A DNA stretch of 64,000 nt from Eledone cirrhosa (Eukaryota): NCBI GenBank assembly GCA_964016885.1, contig OZ024740.1, forward strand, positions 360,654,001-360,718,000. Reading direction: 5' to 3'. Of the stretch, positions 13,073-26,275 are shown piece by piece. Every line of letters begins with the position of its first letter. The stretch's first letter is position 1. Made by a program: the position numbers and the translations under genes. Below the pieces are notes generated by a model. The model was not told the origin of the DNA. It saw nothing but the letters and a program-made list of their open reading frames with translations, and did no database searches.

Positions 13073-13464
13073 CCCTTCTCCTAACCTACAACACAATACA
13101 ACTACTACTGCTAACAACAACAACAATTGTTTCCACATTTAGCACAAAGCTAGCAATTTGAAGGGGAAGAGAGGAAAGTCAGTTAAATCAACCCCAGTGT
13201 GTTACTGGTGCTTTATTTTATCAATGCCATAAGGATGAAAAGCAAAGATAACCCCAGCAGGATTTGAATAATAATGATTTCTAATTTTGGTACAAGGCCA
13301 GCAAATTTAACCCCACTAATTACTGGTACTCATTTTCAGTTAAGTGAATTGGAACATGAAATGAAGTGCCTTACTCAAGAACATAATGCACAGCCCAGTC
13401 CAGGGATCGAACTTACAACCTTACAAACTAAATTATCCAATGTGTCATTTTTTAAAGGCTGTAA

Positions 13465-14030
13465 GGCATGATGTTTGAGGTTCCAATTGTCAAGGAGTCC
13501 TCCCTTCTGAACCAGCAGAATTGGTGCAGTAATACGCCAGATGCAGCATTCAGTAATCAGAAGGAAGGTAGGTGTAAAAGCCAAACTCACTGTCTTCAAT
13601 TCAGTATTCGTGCCAACCCTTACTTGAGGTCATGAATCTTGAGTAATGACCAAAGGAATATGATCATGAATATAAGTAGCCGAAATGGGGTTCCTCTGAA
13701 GGGACTTTGGAGTAACATTACTTAATAGAGTGAGTAGCTCAGAAATCAGAAAGTTATTCCAGGTAAAGCTGCTACTTCTCCGAACTGAGATCACAGCTCC
13801 GATACTATGGGCATATGATTAGAATGCTTCAGGAAAGAATTGCTGGGTGGATTTTACGGGCAAAACCAACCAGCAGGAGTAGACCCCAAGCAAGATGGTT
13901 CAATAACATCCATGAGTTTGGCTGGTCTCATTTGGGGATCCAGCTGGATTGGTTGGAGACAGTTGCTTCTGACAGGACCCGCTGGAGGGAGTGTTTGAGG
14001 ACTATGCCCCCACGGCCCTCTCAGGAATAG
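13465..14030 (+). mobile_element. Degraded RTE-like LINE C-terminal fragment (different family)
   Basis: Broken frames read FNSVFVPTLT*GHES*VMT...AEMGFL...LRYYGHMIRM...RPQARW. Confidence 0.7.
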
Positions 14031-14464
14031 GTGGGCGAAAAATAAGAATAAGATAAGGCGTGATCTGAAAGATTTGGCTGTTATTTCTAGCATGTCGAGC
14101 ACGTAGAAGCGACCTTGTTGCCACATCGATTTGGAATTCATAGCAACACAAACGACTCATACTTGTGTCTATGTTAGAAACCATTACTAACGCTATTACA
14201 CCAACAAATATACTGGGTTTAGGAATTTAATTATCTGGCATTTGAAATGAAAAAAAAACAAAACAAATTTACAGCCTGCGCCTATGCAATGGTATCACGA
14301 AAAGCAACGTGAAATGAAGCTTCTTGTGGAAGAACGTGATATATCAGCCGGTCCAGGAATTGAATCCACGATCCGTGAGTCCAACACTCCAACCACTAGA
14401 CTTCACTTAATTTTTGTTTGTGTCATTTCTAGAAAATACAGTTAATTGCCGCCACTTTCGTTAA

Positions 14465-15626
14465 CCGTATATACTCGAATATAAGTTGACCCCTATTTTA
14501 TGTCTGAGAAATGGGCAAAAATCTAAAACTGCGTGTATAAGTCCATACAGCTAATGAACACATGTTAGATGGCACGGATTTGAAATTCTCATGAGTGAAG
14601 AATATATTTATGAAATTTTAATATTTTGATATTTAAAATGTTTTAAGTATTTAATGTTTAAGAATATAGTTTTTGTTTCACAGCTCCATTACATAATTAT
14701 TTGTTACCATTTCATCTGTTTTATAAAGTTTCAACAAGTTTTTCGAACTTTTGTTTACTTCCGGCTACTCAGATGGTGAGAGTATTTTGCTTCTTTCTTT
14801 CTTTCTTTTTTTTTTTAGCAGACAACAATAGTGCCATCCCTTCAATGTAACCGGTTTTTATTTAAATTACACATCGAATGAAATGCGTGCCATAAAAATC
14901 TTGGAAACAATCTGACAGGTAGATTTTTACAAATACACGTCTCGCGCCAGCATGCCTCTCATTAAGTTAACTAAAAAAATTCAATATTCAACACTGGTGT
15001 GATTAAAAAAAAAGGACTTCTTTATTAGTACACTCAATTCGATTTTTTTACAAACCATGTAAGATGGTTAATCATTTTAATAGCAGCCTGATTATTACTT
15101 TAAAAATCACTAAAAATTTGGTATACTCTACTCTTTTATCCCATAGAGTTATATTTTGAGTTTAGGGAGACCATTAAACACTAGAAGAAGATCGAAACTA
15201 TGTACAAAGGGTGACATAATGATTAGGGAATAATTGAAAAAAAGTGATCGACTAAGATGTATATGATTCAGAGTAGCAATCTCGAGAAAGGAGGCAGAGC
15301 GAGAAAAAGCGATAGAATATAACACAGCGATAGAATATAACACAGAAGTAAAAATGAAAGAAACAGTTGGCGGAGTGCGTGTATGTGTATGGAATATTTA
15401 TGTATTAAAAAGTTCAAATTAGAAAAAATTGTTTGGAATGTTCTCAAGGCAATGCATAAACACCCAGTGAGATAGTAAATATAGAAAAACAGTGTCCAGA
15501 TATTTTAGCACCTTATTTACGTAGAATTTGAAGTTGGTGAAAATTGTCAAAATATTGACCTCGAATATAAGTGGATTCCCATTTTACCATCGATCTTTCG
15601 TCATATATTTCTTGGGTTATATACGG
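14465..15626. mobile_element. Non-autonomous pogo/Tigger-like DNA transposon
   Basis: Termini CCGTATATACTCGAATATAAG... and ...TATATACGG followed by TA; subterminal repeat CTCGAATATAAG at 15560; no transposase ORF seen. Confidence 0.65.
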
Positions 15627-15988
15627 TAATTATAATTAGAAGAGCCTTTATAGAATATAACGAAGATGTTGCAAATGGGATGTGTCAAGTTTCAAACGTT
15701 ATCATTAAAATTGCATCGGAGGTAGAAAAAAGTCAGAAATGCCGATGAGTTTAGCTTCCTCACCCCATCAAAAAATCCCATAAAATATTTACCTTCAAAA
15801 TAAAAATAATTTTAAAAAACTACACCGTTTGTACCGATAAAGACACACAAACATCAATGAAGCGAATGTTGAGGACAAAATATCTGGTCTGTACAATTAA
15901 TTGAGGGTTTCGATTCAGAGCCTTGTCAAGCAATAATGAGACAAACAGATGACTGGAGAATGACCGAACAATTATAAATCGTACTTAC

Positions 15989-16081
15989 ATTATCTATATA
16001 TTGACGGACACGCTCGCGAAGCTGTCGTAGGTTCATTCCGCATGATGTTTCTTCAACACAACCTTCAATTTCACCCGCCAT
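15989..16081 (-). CDS. CDC16: CDC16 coding exon 1
   Basis: MAGEIEGCVEETSCGMNLRQLRERVRQYIDN|gtaagt; MNLxxLRxRVRQY is the CDC16 N-terminus. The start could alternatively be the second Met at 16036. Confidence 0.93.
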
Positions 16082-16232
16082 TATTGTTATTTAATTGACG
16101 CATGCTTACAAAAGTATGATTGACCAATCAGCTTACAGTTAAGAAAACCAATTTCGTCACCCTACTAACTTCAATATAACGAGTTTCTATTGGTAAATAA
16201 CAAATGATGTTGCCATAGAAGCATAAACAAAT
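16082..16232. promoter_or_regulatory. Compact bidirectional promoter CDC16/AKAP14
   Basis: 151 bp between divergent ATGs; CCAAT boxes at ~16125, ~16149 and inverted (ATTGG) at ~16189; RFX X-box-like GTTGCCATAGAAGC at 16209-16222. Confidence 0.7.
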
Positions 16233-16239
16233 ATGGAAG
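16233..16239 (+). CDS. AKAP14: AKAP14 putative first coding segment (ATGGAAG, 7 nt)
   Basis: ATG GAA G|gtaagt is a consensus donor; phase 1 joins in frame to the acceptor at 26276, giving MEEPTNEMSELS... Confidence 0.65.
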
Positions 16240-16624
16240 GTAAGTCGGTGGTTATCGCACGCTTTCGATAGCTTCTAAATTTATGCAAAACAGTCATTTT
16301 TGAAATTTACATTTATGCATTTAGTTGACATGTAATGCCTTTAATGAAACAAGTTATATGACTAAATTTAGCAACAGGTAGTTGTTATAGCGATTGAAGT
16401 CGGGAAATTATAGTTCCCTTTATTAGTTTGTCTAAAGTCTGTCTCCGCACCCTGAGGTTCATCAGGCCGGTGCTTATCAGTGGCGTTAAACCACTGAGAG
16501 TTCAATACCCTTCTCTGGAATGTCCATCACAGGGTTAAACCTCCAGCTGTTGCTGGTACTAATTTCAGCTGAATATACTGGAGCAACGTGAAATGAAGTG
16601 TTTCGCTCCAGACCACAATCTGGA

Positions 16625-17250
16625 AGTATGTTCACTCAAAGCAGAGGCCTCACTCTCCAGTTGGTCCTCTTTGCAATCCCCACACAAGCCAGGTTATGGA
16701 CGACCCCAAGAAATGTGCAGAATGCATTGCTCAATGCTATGCAGGCATTTTCACTATTGAAGACCAGAGTGTACCATCTCCACCACCTCTGACATCAGAT
16801 TCTATTACAACTATGGAATTTACACCTGCAATGCTGCAACGTCGCCTCTCCTGGTCTTGATGGTGTTACGTACCTGCTTCTCAAACATGGTGGGTACTTC
16901 CTTCTGCACCAGCTATCACGCTTCTTCCAATTCTGTATGAACAACGGCGCTACTCCAGAACAGTGGAAAACTGCCAGTGCCATCCTCTGTTCAAAAAGAG
17001 TGACCGCACATCACCTGTCAACTATTGTCAATTCAGTCTTACTAGCTACATTGCCAAACTGAAGGAATCCTATGTCAGAGAAACACTTTGGAACTTCTGG
17101 AACTCTCACAATCTTATCCGGCCCTTGCAATTTGGATTTATCCCTAACTCCAGCTGCTGTGATAAACTTATCGAGTTTCTTGAAGACATTACCCGGATCA
17201 CTGATGGCGGCTCATGGGTGGATGTTGTTTACCTTGACTTTGCTAAAGTT
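16625..17250 (+). mobile_element. Degraded CR1-group LINE RT fragment
   Basis: Homologous to 22640-23285 (QFGFIPNSSCCD...WVDVVYLDFAK), with frameshifts. Confidence 0.88.
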
Positions 17251-17254
17251 TTCA

Positions 17255-17572
17255 GCGGGGGTTTGTGCCCCCGGAGAACCCTAATAGGGGGTTTAACCCT
17301 CATTAGGGTGTCTTAATATTATTGAAATTTGCTGAAATTTTGTGAATAGGCATCATATCTTGTCATTTACCTATGGTTTAAATTTCATATAAATCGAAGG
17401 TAAAAAAATTTTAAACAGGGGAACCCTTTCATTAAAATGTAATATACTTATCCAAGTACCCTGTAGTTTCAGAATATATAAGGTTATGGGGATCTATCTC
17501 CAAAACCATAGGAGGAGTTCATGAGAAACAAACAAACAAACAGACAGGAACTACAACTTTATATATATAGAT
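17255..17572 (+). mobile_element. Probable non-autonomous Helitron/Helentron-associated (HINE-like) element
   Basis: Interrupts the CR1 fragment; small GC hairpins, AAATTTCAT..AAATCG motif, 3' (AAAC)n-ACAGACAG...ACTTTATATATATAGAT end resembling such elements. Confidence 0.45.
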
Positions 17573-19727
17573 TTAATAAAAACCTTTTAGCTATTAATTG
17601 TTAATCATTTGATAATTTATGTAAATAAAAATTTCTACTTTCTCTCTCAATAAATGCAAATTAACCAACTGATGGCACAATATACTGACCCATTATCACC
17701 ATCATCACTTAACATCCTTTTTCCCTGCTAACAAAGGTTGAGCGTATCATCTCAGACCAAATCAGTAGTTAATAAGAGCTACTGACCTCTCAGATGGGCT
17801 AACGTCTGCATCTCATTTGCAGATCACAAGTACACTTTATCATAACACCAGCATTATGAAGGTTGTTATATCTTTGACACATTTGAAGTCTTCTTGTCCC
17901 TTTGTTTGGCAAACTTTCTATGGCTGGATGCCCTTCCTATCAATAACTACTTTACAGAGTGTACTGTGTACATTTTATCATGGCACCAACACTTAGGAGG
18001 TTGTTGTACCCTTGATACAAATGAAGAGTTCTTTTGACCCAATAATATGATAATATAATGTTAATGAATTTCAGCTTGAACCTTGCTGCATTCCTACCTG
18101 TAACTGTTTACATTTGTGAATGGCAAGATTACGAAGCATTGTGTTGAGGTTTCATAATTTTACAGTAAGGAGAGTAATTATTATGACTACACATTCTGGG
18201 ATATGGTAATTATAGAGAAGTAAATACAAATTGTCATCTTATATAAGAAATAATTGTGTGATATACTTTGTATCACACTAATTATAGCATTTAAGAAATC
18301 TGTAACCTAACATTTGTGTGAATTGTACAACAAAACCAATAATACCAATAATAAATTAAAACCAATAATAAATTAACATGGAAAAAGAATTAATCTCCAC
18401 ATGTGTTGTTTCCTTGAGCAAGACACTTTATTTCACATTGCTCCAGTGATATGACTGGGGTCCCTATCATTCCACTGCAAAGTGAACATGTAGGTGCCAC
18501 AGCAAATAAGCACCCAGCACTCTCTGTAAATGAGGTTGGTGTTAGGAAGGGCATCCAGCTGTAGAAATCAAGCCAGAATCAGTTCCCGTCCCACCCTTGC
18601 AAGCAGGGAAAAGCGGACGTAAAATGATGATGATTGTAACATTTATGTATGGGAAAATCCCTTGACTCACAAATGTTGATCTGCCACCTGTTAAAAGCTA
18701 AGGTCAACTTTTTCATGAGATATATGGAAAATTCCTGATTTTTAAACCATAAAATAGGAGATTGAATTTAACATAAGAATATATGGTACATGACATACAT
18801 AATACATAGACCAACAGACTTTTCTTTTTCTTTGAAGTCGATGATGACATTCCCCTTCATGGTAGCTGGCAATTAGGAAAAAGTCCAATATGGGACATAC
18901 AGGTTCAACTGTAAATGTTGCACATATGCTGCACTAGTAGACTCAATGGTCATTGCTACTGCTGCTAATGGTCATCGCTACTGCTGTCAAGTGAAACTTA
19001 ATCAACCCTAGGAGACGTGCAATGGTATGAGAGCACCAGAATTGTCAGTATTTTGCTGCATCTTCCTAGCTGGATAATGGAATATTTACAGTGTTTCAAG
19101 GTCTGCTATAGATTATTCTTGAATCACTTTTTCTGTCTGCTATGTACTCCTGCTTCACATGTAAGTTCACTGTAGATGGCTTTGGGCAGTCTGTTTCTGG
19201 CCATTCTAATAACATATCCCACCAAGCATAACTTTAATTTGATGGTATTACCTCCATGCAGGTGATTCTGCTGAATTCAATACTTTATTTTGCCAAACAA
19301 TCTTGAATATCTGACAAAGTGTTAAGTGAAAGGACAAACATTCACATACACTCATACTCATGCACATTAACATTCACGCACACACCATTGTTACTCAGGC
19401 ATTCATAAGACAAGGAAAGGAACCTCTACATAGTCACCCAATCTGCTAGAAATAGTAGCCAAATCTACCTCAAACCACATTCTACTATCTTAGAAAAGGA
19501 CAAGTTAGATAGTGGGATCCTATGTTCCCTGTATATAAGAAAAAAAACAGGATGGTCAGTAGCTGGAATACCTTTGATGATATGTCAGCACTATTAGTTT
19601 GAACACAGGGCGAAACAAAAACAACAGCTGTGTCATTCAGACACCTTTAACCACTAAATTAGTACATCTCCATCATTTGCTTAGTAATCATCTTGTAGGG
19701 CAAGTCACTATACCGCATAGATATTAT

Positions 19728-21562
19728 AGTACACCACACTATACTACATTATACCACACTACACTATTCTACACCATGCTACACTATACTACATCACACC
19801 ACACTATACTACATTACACCACACTATACTATTCTACACCATGCTACACTATACTACATCACATCACACCACACTATACTACATCACACCACACTATACT
19901 ACATTACACCACACTATACTATTCTACACCGTGCCACACTATACTACATCACACCACACTATACTACATTACACCACACTATACTATTCTACACCATGCT
20001 ACACTATACTACATCACACCACACTATACTACATTACACCACACTATACTATTCTACACCGTGCTACACTATACTACATCACACCACACTATACTACATT
20101 ACACCACACTATACTATTCTACACCATGCTACACTATACTACATCACACCACACTATACTACATTACACCACACTATACTATTCTACACCGTGCCACACT
20201 ATACTACATCACACCACACTATACTACATTACACCACACTATACTATTCTACACCGTGCCACACTATACTACATCACACCACACTATACTACATTACACC
20301 ACACTATACTACATTACACCACACTATACTATTCTACACCGTGCCACACTATACTACATCACACCACACTCTACTACATTACACCACACTATACTATTCT
20401 ACACCGTGCTACACTATACTACATCACACCACACTATACTACATTACACCACACTATACTATTCTACACCGTGCCACACTATACTACATCACACCACATT
20501 ATACTACATTACACCACACTATACTATTCTACACCGTGCCACACTATACTACATCACACCACACTATACTACATTACACCACACTATACTATTCTACACC
20601 GTGCCACACTATACTACATCACACCACACTATACTACATTACACCACACTATACTATTCTATACCATGCTACACTATACTACATTACACCACACTATACT
20701 ACATTACACCACACTATACTATTCTACACCGTGCTACACTATGCTACATTACACCACACTATACTACATTACACCACACTATACTATTCTACACCATGCC
20801 ACACTATACTACATCACACCACACTATACTACATTACACCACACTATACTATTCTACACCGTGCCACACTATACTACATCACACCACACTATACTACATT
20901 ACACCACACTATACTATTCTACACCGTGCCACACTATACTACATCACACCACACTATACTACATCACACCACACTATACTACATTACACCACACTATACT
21001 ATTCTACACCGTGCTACACTATACTACATCACACCACACTATACTACATTACACCACACTATACTATTCTACACCGTGCCACACTATACTACATCACACC
21101 ACACTATACTACATCACACCACACTATACTACATTACACCACACTATACTACATTACACCACACTATACTATTCTACACCGTGCCACACTATACTACATC
21201 ACACCACACTATACTACATCACACCACACTATACTACATTACACCACACTATACTATTCTACACCGTGCTACACTATACTACATCACACCACACTACACT
21301 ACATTACACCATACTACACTACATTACACAATATGACACTATACTACAATACTCCATACTACATTACATTACACACCACTATACTATATTACACTACTTT
21401 ATACCACTCTAAACTGTATGACACCACACTATATTACACCACACCACACTACATTACACTAGTCTATACTACATTACACCACACTATATTGTACCAAACT
21501 ATATATTACGCCATACTACACTATATTGCACCACACTATACTATATTACACCACACTACATT
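19728..21562. repeat. Satellite with a 5-bp base period and a 65-bp higher-order unit (20+20+25 bp)
   Basis: ACACTATACT-ACATCACACC / ACACTATACT-ACATTACACC / ACACTATACT-ATTCTACACC-GTGCC; homogeneous core, degenerate edges; resumes at 24506-24610 after the CR1. Confidence 0.95.
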
Positions 21563-21565
21563 ATG

Positions 21566-24505
21566 TATGTCCAAAGCTACGTGCTGCAGCTTCCTTGAAT
21601 CGGAACTCAGCACAACATGAAAGTTTTAGTCTGCGTGATGATGGGCAGATCTGGAGGTTTGTTAAGGCTGGTGAAACGTGGAAGAGAGATGTCAGCTGGT
21701 CTGAGTGCGCTCTACCCACAATAACTGGCAATGAAAAAACTGCAACAACTCTGGGAAACTAAACCAGAACAACCTGCCATCCTCTACACACCATCAACTG
21801 CAATTCCTTGTGTTGATTTGAATGAATCACAAGAAGTTTTTTTTCTGTGACATACGTATGACCAAGTCAACAATTCTGCTTGCTGTTGTTTATCGCCCCC
21901 CAAACTACCATCAGGACACACAGCTTTGCGATATCCGCAGAGCTGCTGCCAGGAAAACAGCCATTTATGTGTTTATTGGAGGTGACTTCAATCATCCTGA
22001 GATCGATTGGGAAACCTTTCGTTGACCACAAAGGGCAAACGATTTCCTTGAGCTAGTGCTGGACTCAAACTGGTCACAAGTAGTCACCTCTTCAACAAGA
22101 GGTGACAACACTTTGGGCCTGCTCTTCACCACTACTTCTGAAGTGGTTATCAGTTGTACTACTGAGGAACCTCTAGGCAACTCTGATCATGCTATGATCA
22201 TTGCCAATCTGGCTCTTGCAGGTAGCAACAAAAACCAGAACCATCTCCAATCTGCTTGCTTTGATTGGAAGAAAGCAGATTGGAACTTGTACTGCACTGA
22301 GCTACAGCGCCCAAACTGGCATGAGTTCTATAACTCTGGAGATGTGAACACTATACTCCAGAGCATCCTGGACTCAATATCGATAGCGTGTTCAGCATCA
22401 GTGCCACGTAAGAAAAAAACCACCCCAAAAATGCAATTTGGGAAACTTCAGCGGTCCGACTTGCCAGGAAAGAACGTCGGAATGCTGAACGGGAATATAA
22501 ACTGCATAAATCAGATGCCAACAGAAAAAAGCGGAATAAATCTTCCAACCATCTCAAGCAAGTGACAAAAAAGGCAGTGCTTGAATTTGAACAGTGCATA
22601 GCAACCAATCCTGACAGTAAGGTGTTCTGGAAATATGTACATTCAAAGCAGAGACCTCACTCTCCAGTTGGTCCTCTTCGCAATCCCCACACAAGCGAGA
22701 TCACTGACAATCCCAAAGAATGCGCAGAACTCATTGCTGAGTGCTATGCAAGCATTTTTACTGTTGAAAACCAGAATGTACCATCTCCACCATCTCTAAC
22801 ATCAAATTCCATAACAACTATGGAATTTACACCTGCAATGCTGCAATGTCACCTTAAGAATAAGCGCAATTATGCCTCCCTTGGTCTTGATGGTGTTACA
22901 TACCTGCTTCTCAAACCTGGCAGGTACTTCTTTTTGCTCCAGCTTTCTTTCTTCTTTCAGTACTGTCTCAACAATGGTGCTACTCCGGAGCAGTGGAAAA
23001 CTGCCAGTGCCATTCCCCTGTTCAAAAAGGGTGACCGCACGTCACATGTCAACTATCATCCAGTCAGTCTTACTAGCTGTATTGCCAAACTGATGGAATC
23101 CTGTGTCAGGGAAACACTTTGGAACGACTGGAGCTCTCACAGCCTCATCCGGCCCTCGCAGTTTGGATTTATCCCTAACTCCAGCTGCTGTGATCAACTT
23201 ATCGAGTTCCTTGAAGACATTACCCGGATCACTGACAGCGGCTCATGGGTGGATGTTGTTTACCTTGACTTTGCTAAGGCTTTTAATTCTGTGCCACACA
23301 AAAGACTTATGGCAAAACTCTCTGCAATGGGTGTGAAGGATGATCTTTTTAACTGGTTGAAGTCCTTCATTCTCAGCCGAAAAGAGGTAGTCACGGTTCT
23401 AGGACAGCATTCTTCACCATATGAGATGTCATCTGGTGTACAACAGGGATCTGTTCTTGGCCCCCTTTTGTTTGTTGCATACATTAATGACATAGATGCC
23501 AACTTAAAGAATGCCACGGTACTGAAATATACAGATGACATCAAGCTGTACCTTGAAATCAAAAGGACAGATCCTGAAATCTATAACTCTTTCCTACAAT
23601 CAGACCTGGACACAATGTAGCAATGGATCACAGATTGGCAACTGAAGCTGGCTGTGGACAAGTGTACCACCATGCATTTTGGGAGGTAAAATCCAGCGTC
23701 AACATACTCCCTCCACAACACTGATATCAAGAAGTCCCTTGTGAACGTGACCCGGGCATTACTGTCAGCAGCGATTTGCGTTGGACAAAGCACTTCTCTA
23801 AGATTGTCAAGAAGGCCGAGGGTGTCTTGGCATCACTCAGCAAAACCTTTGTTAGCCGCTCTCCAGCCATCTATTTAAAGCTGTATACAGCTATGGTACG
23901 ACCAACTTGGAATTTGTATCACCAGTCTGGAACCCCTATCTTGCTCAGAACATTGACCTCTTGGAAACTGTTCAGAGACGTGCAACCAAGCGAATATCCT
24001 CCATCACACACCTACCATACTCTGAACGCCTTGCTTCCCTGGGCATGGATTCATTGAAGCTCCGACGTCTGGCAATGGACTTGGTAAACACCCAGAAAGT
24101 TATTAACCATCTCGCCAACAACAACCCTGAGCACCTTTTTGATCTCCATGTGTCTAACACACGTGGGCATGCCTACAAAATCAGAAAACAGCACAGCACC
24201 CATGACTTTCGGAAACATTTGTTCATGTTCAGAGTTGCTGAAGCATGGAACAAACTGCCTGCGTCAGTTGTTAGCTGCCAAGACACTGCATCCTTTAAAA
24301 CCATCATGCTTCCCGAAATTCGCCAAAACTACACCCGATGTCCTCCTTCCATACACATACACACATGTGTATATCATGACTCATGCACTGTTCATTTTCC
24401 TGACGTTTTTACATTACCCTATGTACTATACATACACTTTTGATAAGTTGTAGTGCACCTGAGCACTGTACACAATATTTTCATTATTATCATTATTATC
24501 ATTAT
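21566..24505 (+). mobile_element. CR1-group LINE, 5'-truncated, disrupted ORF2 (APE endonuclease + RT), (ATT)n tail
   Basis: VYRPP, GDFNHPEIDW, TRGDNTL, LGNSDH (APE); YLDFAKAFNSV, SGVQQGSVLGPLLF, YTDD (RT); stops and frameshifts; inserted within the satellite. Confidence 0.95.
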
Positions 24506-25034
24506 TACACCACATTACACCACACTAAACTGTACCACACCATACTAAATTACACCATATCACTCTGTATTGCACCATACTATACTATACCATGGATATG
24601 ACACTACACTGAGAGATACCAGATAGCTGGTAATCTCCTGTGTAATGTATGTGTCCAAAACACTTAACTCTCAACCTACTCAGTTGACCTGGCTGTAAGT
24701 AAGGAACAATTTGCTGCATCAAACAGCCTGGAAACATGCTATATTGAGTTCAAATTCTAATGTTGATACAGCTTAGGATAAGATGGGTATTCCAAACTGA
24801 TTTAAAGACTTCAATCTCCAGTGCTACTCCTATGAGGAAGGTAGTTGCCACTACATTAAAACTTCCTTTGACCATAAAAATAAAATCCTAATTTAACCTG
24901 AGAAATACCTAATAAATACAAAACACTATTAAAAGGATCAAAAAAGGAAATGAAAAGAGGAAAAAGAAAAAAAGAATCAAGCAATGAAAGAAAGAGAGAG
25001 AGAGAGAGAGGGAGGGAGGGACAGTCACTACATC

Positions 25035-25850
25035 CCAGCCATACCCTGCAGACAAAATGGCAAAGGTGTTATCACAGAGAATGGCCAAAAACACCTGCTT
25101 CAACAGCCACTTCTCCTCACGAGGTTCCTTTCTCAAGCAGGTTGCTGTCTTTTTACTTTACAGAGGAAATCAGCAGTGCAGGAACCAAGGACACCGGAGG
25201 TGTTGATGAAGACCAGTGCAAAGGAGATGCAGTCGGTCAGGCCCTGGTATTTGACTATCTTCCTCTCCTCTGCGATGCAGGCAATAGAGTCTGGATATTT
25301 TTGGCCGTAACAACATGGTTGGAGGTGGAAAACATGTCACTGTATGCCACGTCCCAATTAGGAATTTGCCCACTCAAGAGGGAAGAGGGTTAATCTGTCA
25401 GGGTGCATGCCATCATCATAGTCAAAACCAGCTGGCTCCAATTGTGATGGCAAACCAGTTTCTGATGATGTTGATCAGAGCGGCATGACATGTGAGCCAG
25501 CCTACACTGAGGCAGCAAGATAACAGGTGCAGACTAAACTCATCGACCACTGTTCCATCTGTGTGGCTCACATACATGGAGACCGATGTACTGTGCCACT
25601 CTATTGTGGATGCACACCTCATCATGAAGGGTATCGGTTGATGAGAAAAGCACCACTGATTTGGTTGCGAGATGGAGCATAGGAAGGCAAGACAGTGTTG
25701 GTTTGAGGAAAGCTTGATCCACCTGAAGGTGGACTTGCACTTGATGTTGTCCTAGTTACATTGGACATCGGTAAGGCTTTCGTTGGTGAAGCAGTTTCTC
25801 AGGAAGAAGTGTGCTGGGTGCGCTTCAATGAGGCATAGGAAATAACAACC
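25035..25850 (-). mobile_element. Degraded CRE-like (restriction-like endonuclease) non-LTR retrotransposon 3' part
   Basis: Across frameshifts: VCEPH...VVDEFSLHLLSCCLSVGWLTCHAALINII (CCHC-knuckle region), PDRLTLFP...WDV (PD-D/E RLE motif) and EPREEKWLLKQVFLAILCDN (cf. QRLSxAxQRGN). Confidence 0.65.
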
Positions 25851-26275
25851 AGTTGCATAATCATTTTTAAATACATAATTATTAAAATAATTCTTATAAT
25901 TTTAAAGTTCAATTAAACTCTTAATATCCTGTTATGATTTAGCAGAACATGTTTAAAAGCAGGTTTGTTTATTCAAATGTTTAAACTATCTTTACTAGTG
26001 GACAGTTTGTTGTGAAAATTTGCAGTATTAGAATAAAGACTTTAATGTTTAATATGATGCAATCTTATTTGCTGTTTTGTACTTTTCAAGAATGCCTTGT
26101 CAATATGGTTTCATATAGTTTGTTCATTCAAATGTTTGTAGTATCTTTATTAAAGGACAAATTGTTGTGAAAAATGTGTAGTAAAGTAAGACTAATTTCT
26201 AATGTGATGCAGTTATAGTGCTGTTTTATATTTTCTAAGAATGCCTTGTTAATGTATTTTCTTTTAATATTTTAG

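Noticed and set aside
19599-21620. Long His/Thr/Tyr-rich ORFs (673, 523 and 446 aa)
   Set aside because: Translations of a stop-free satellite, open in all three frames; no coding signature.
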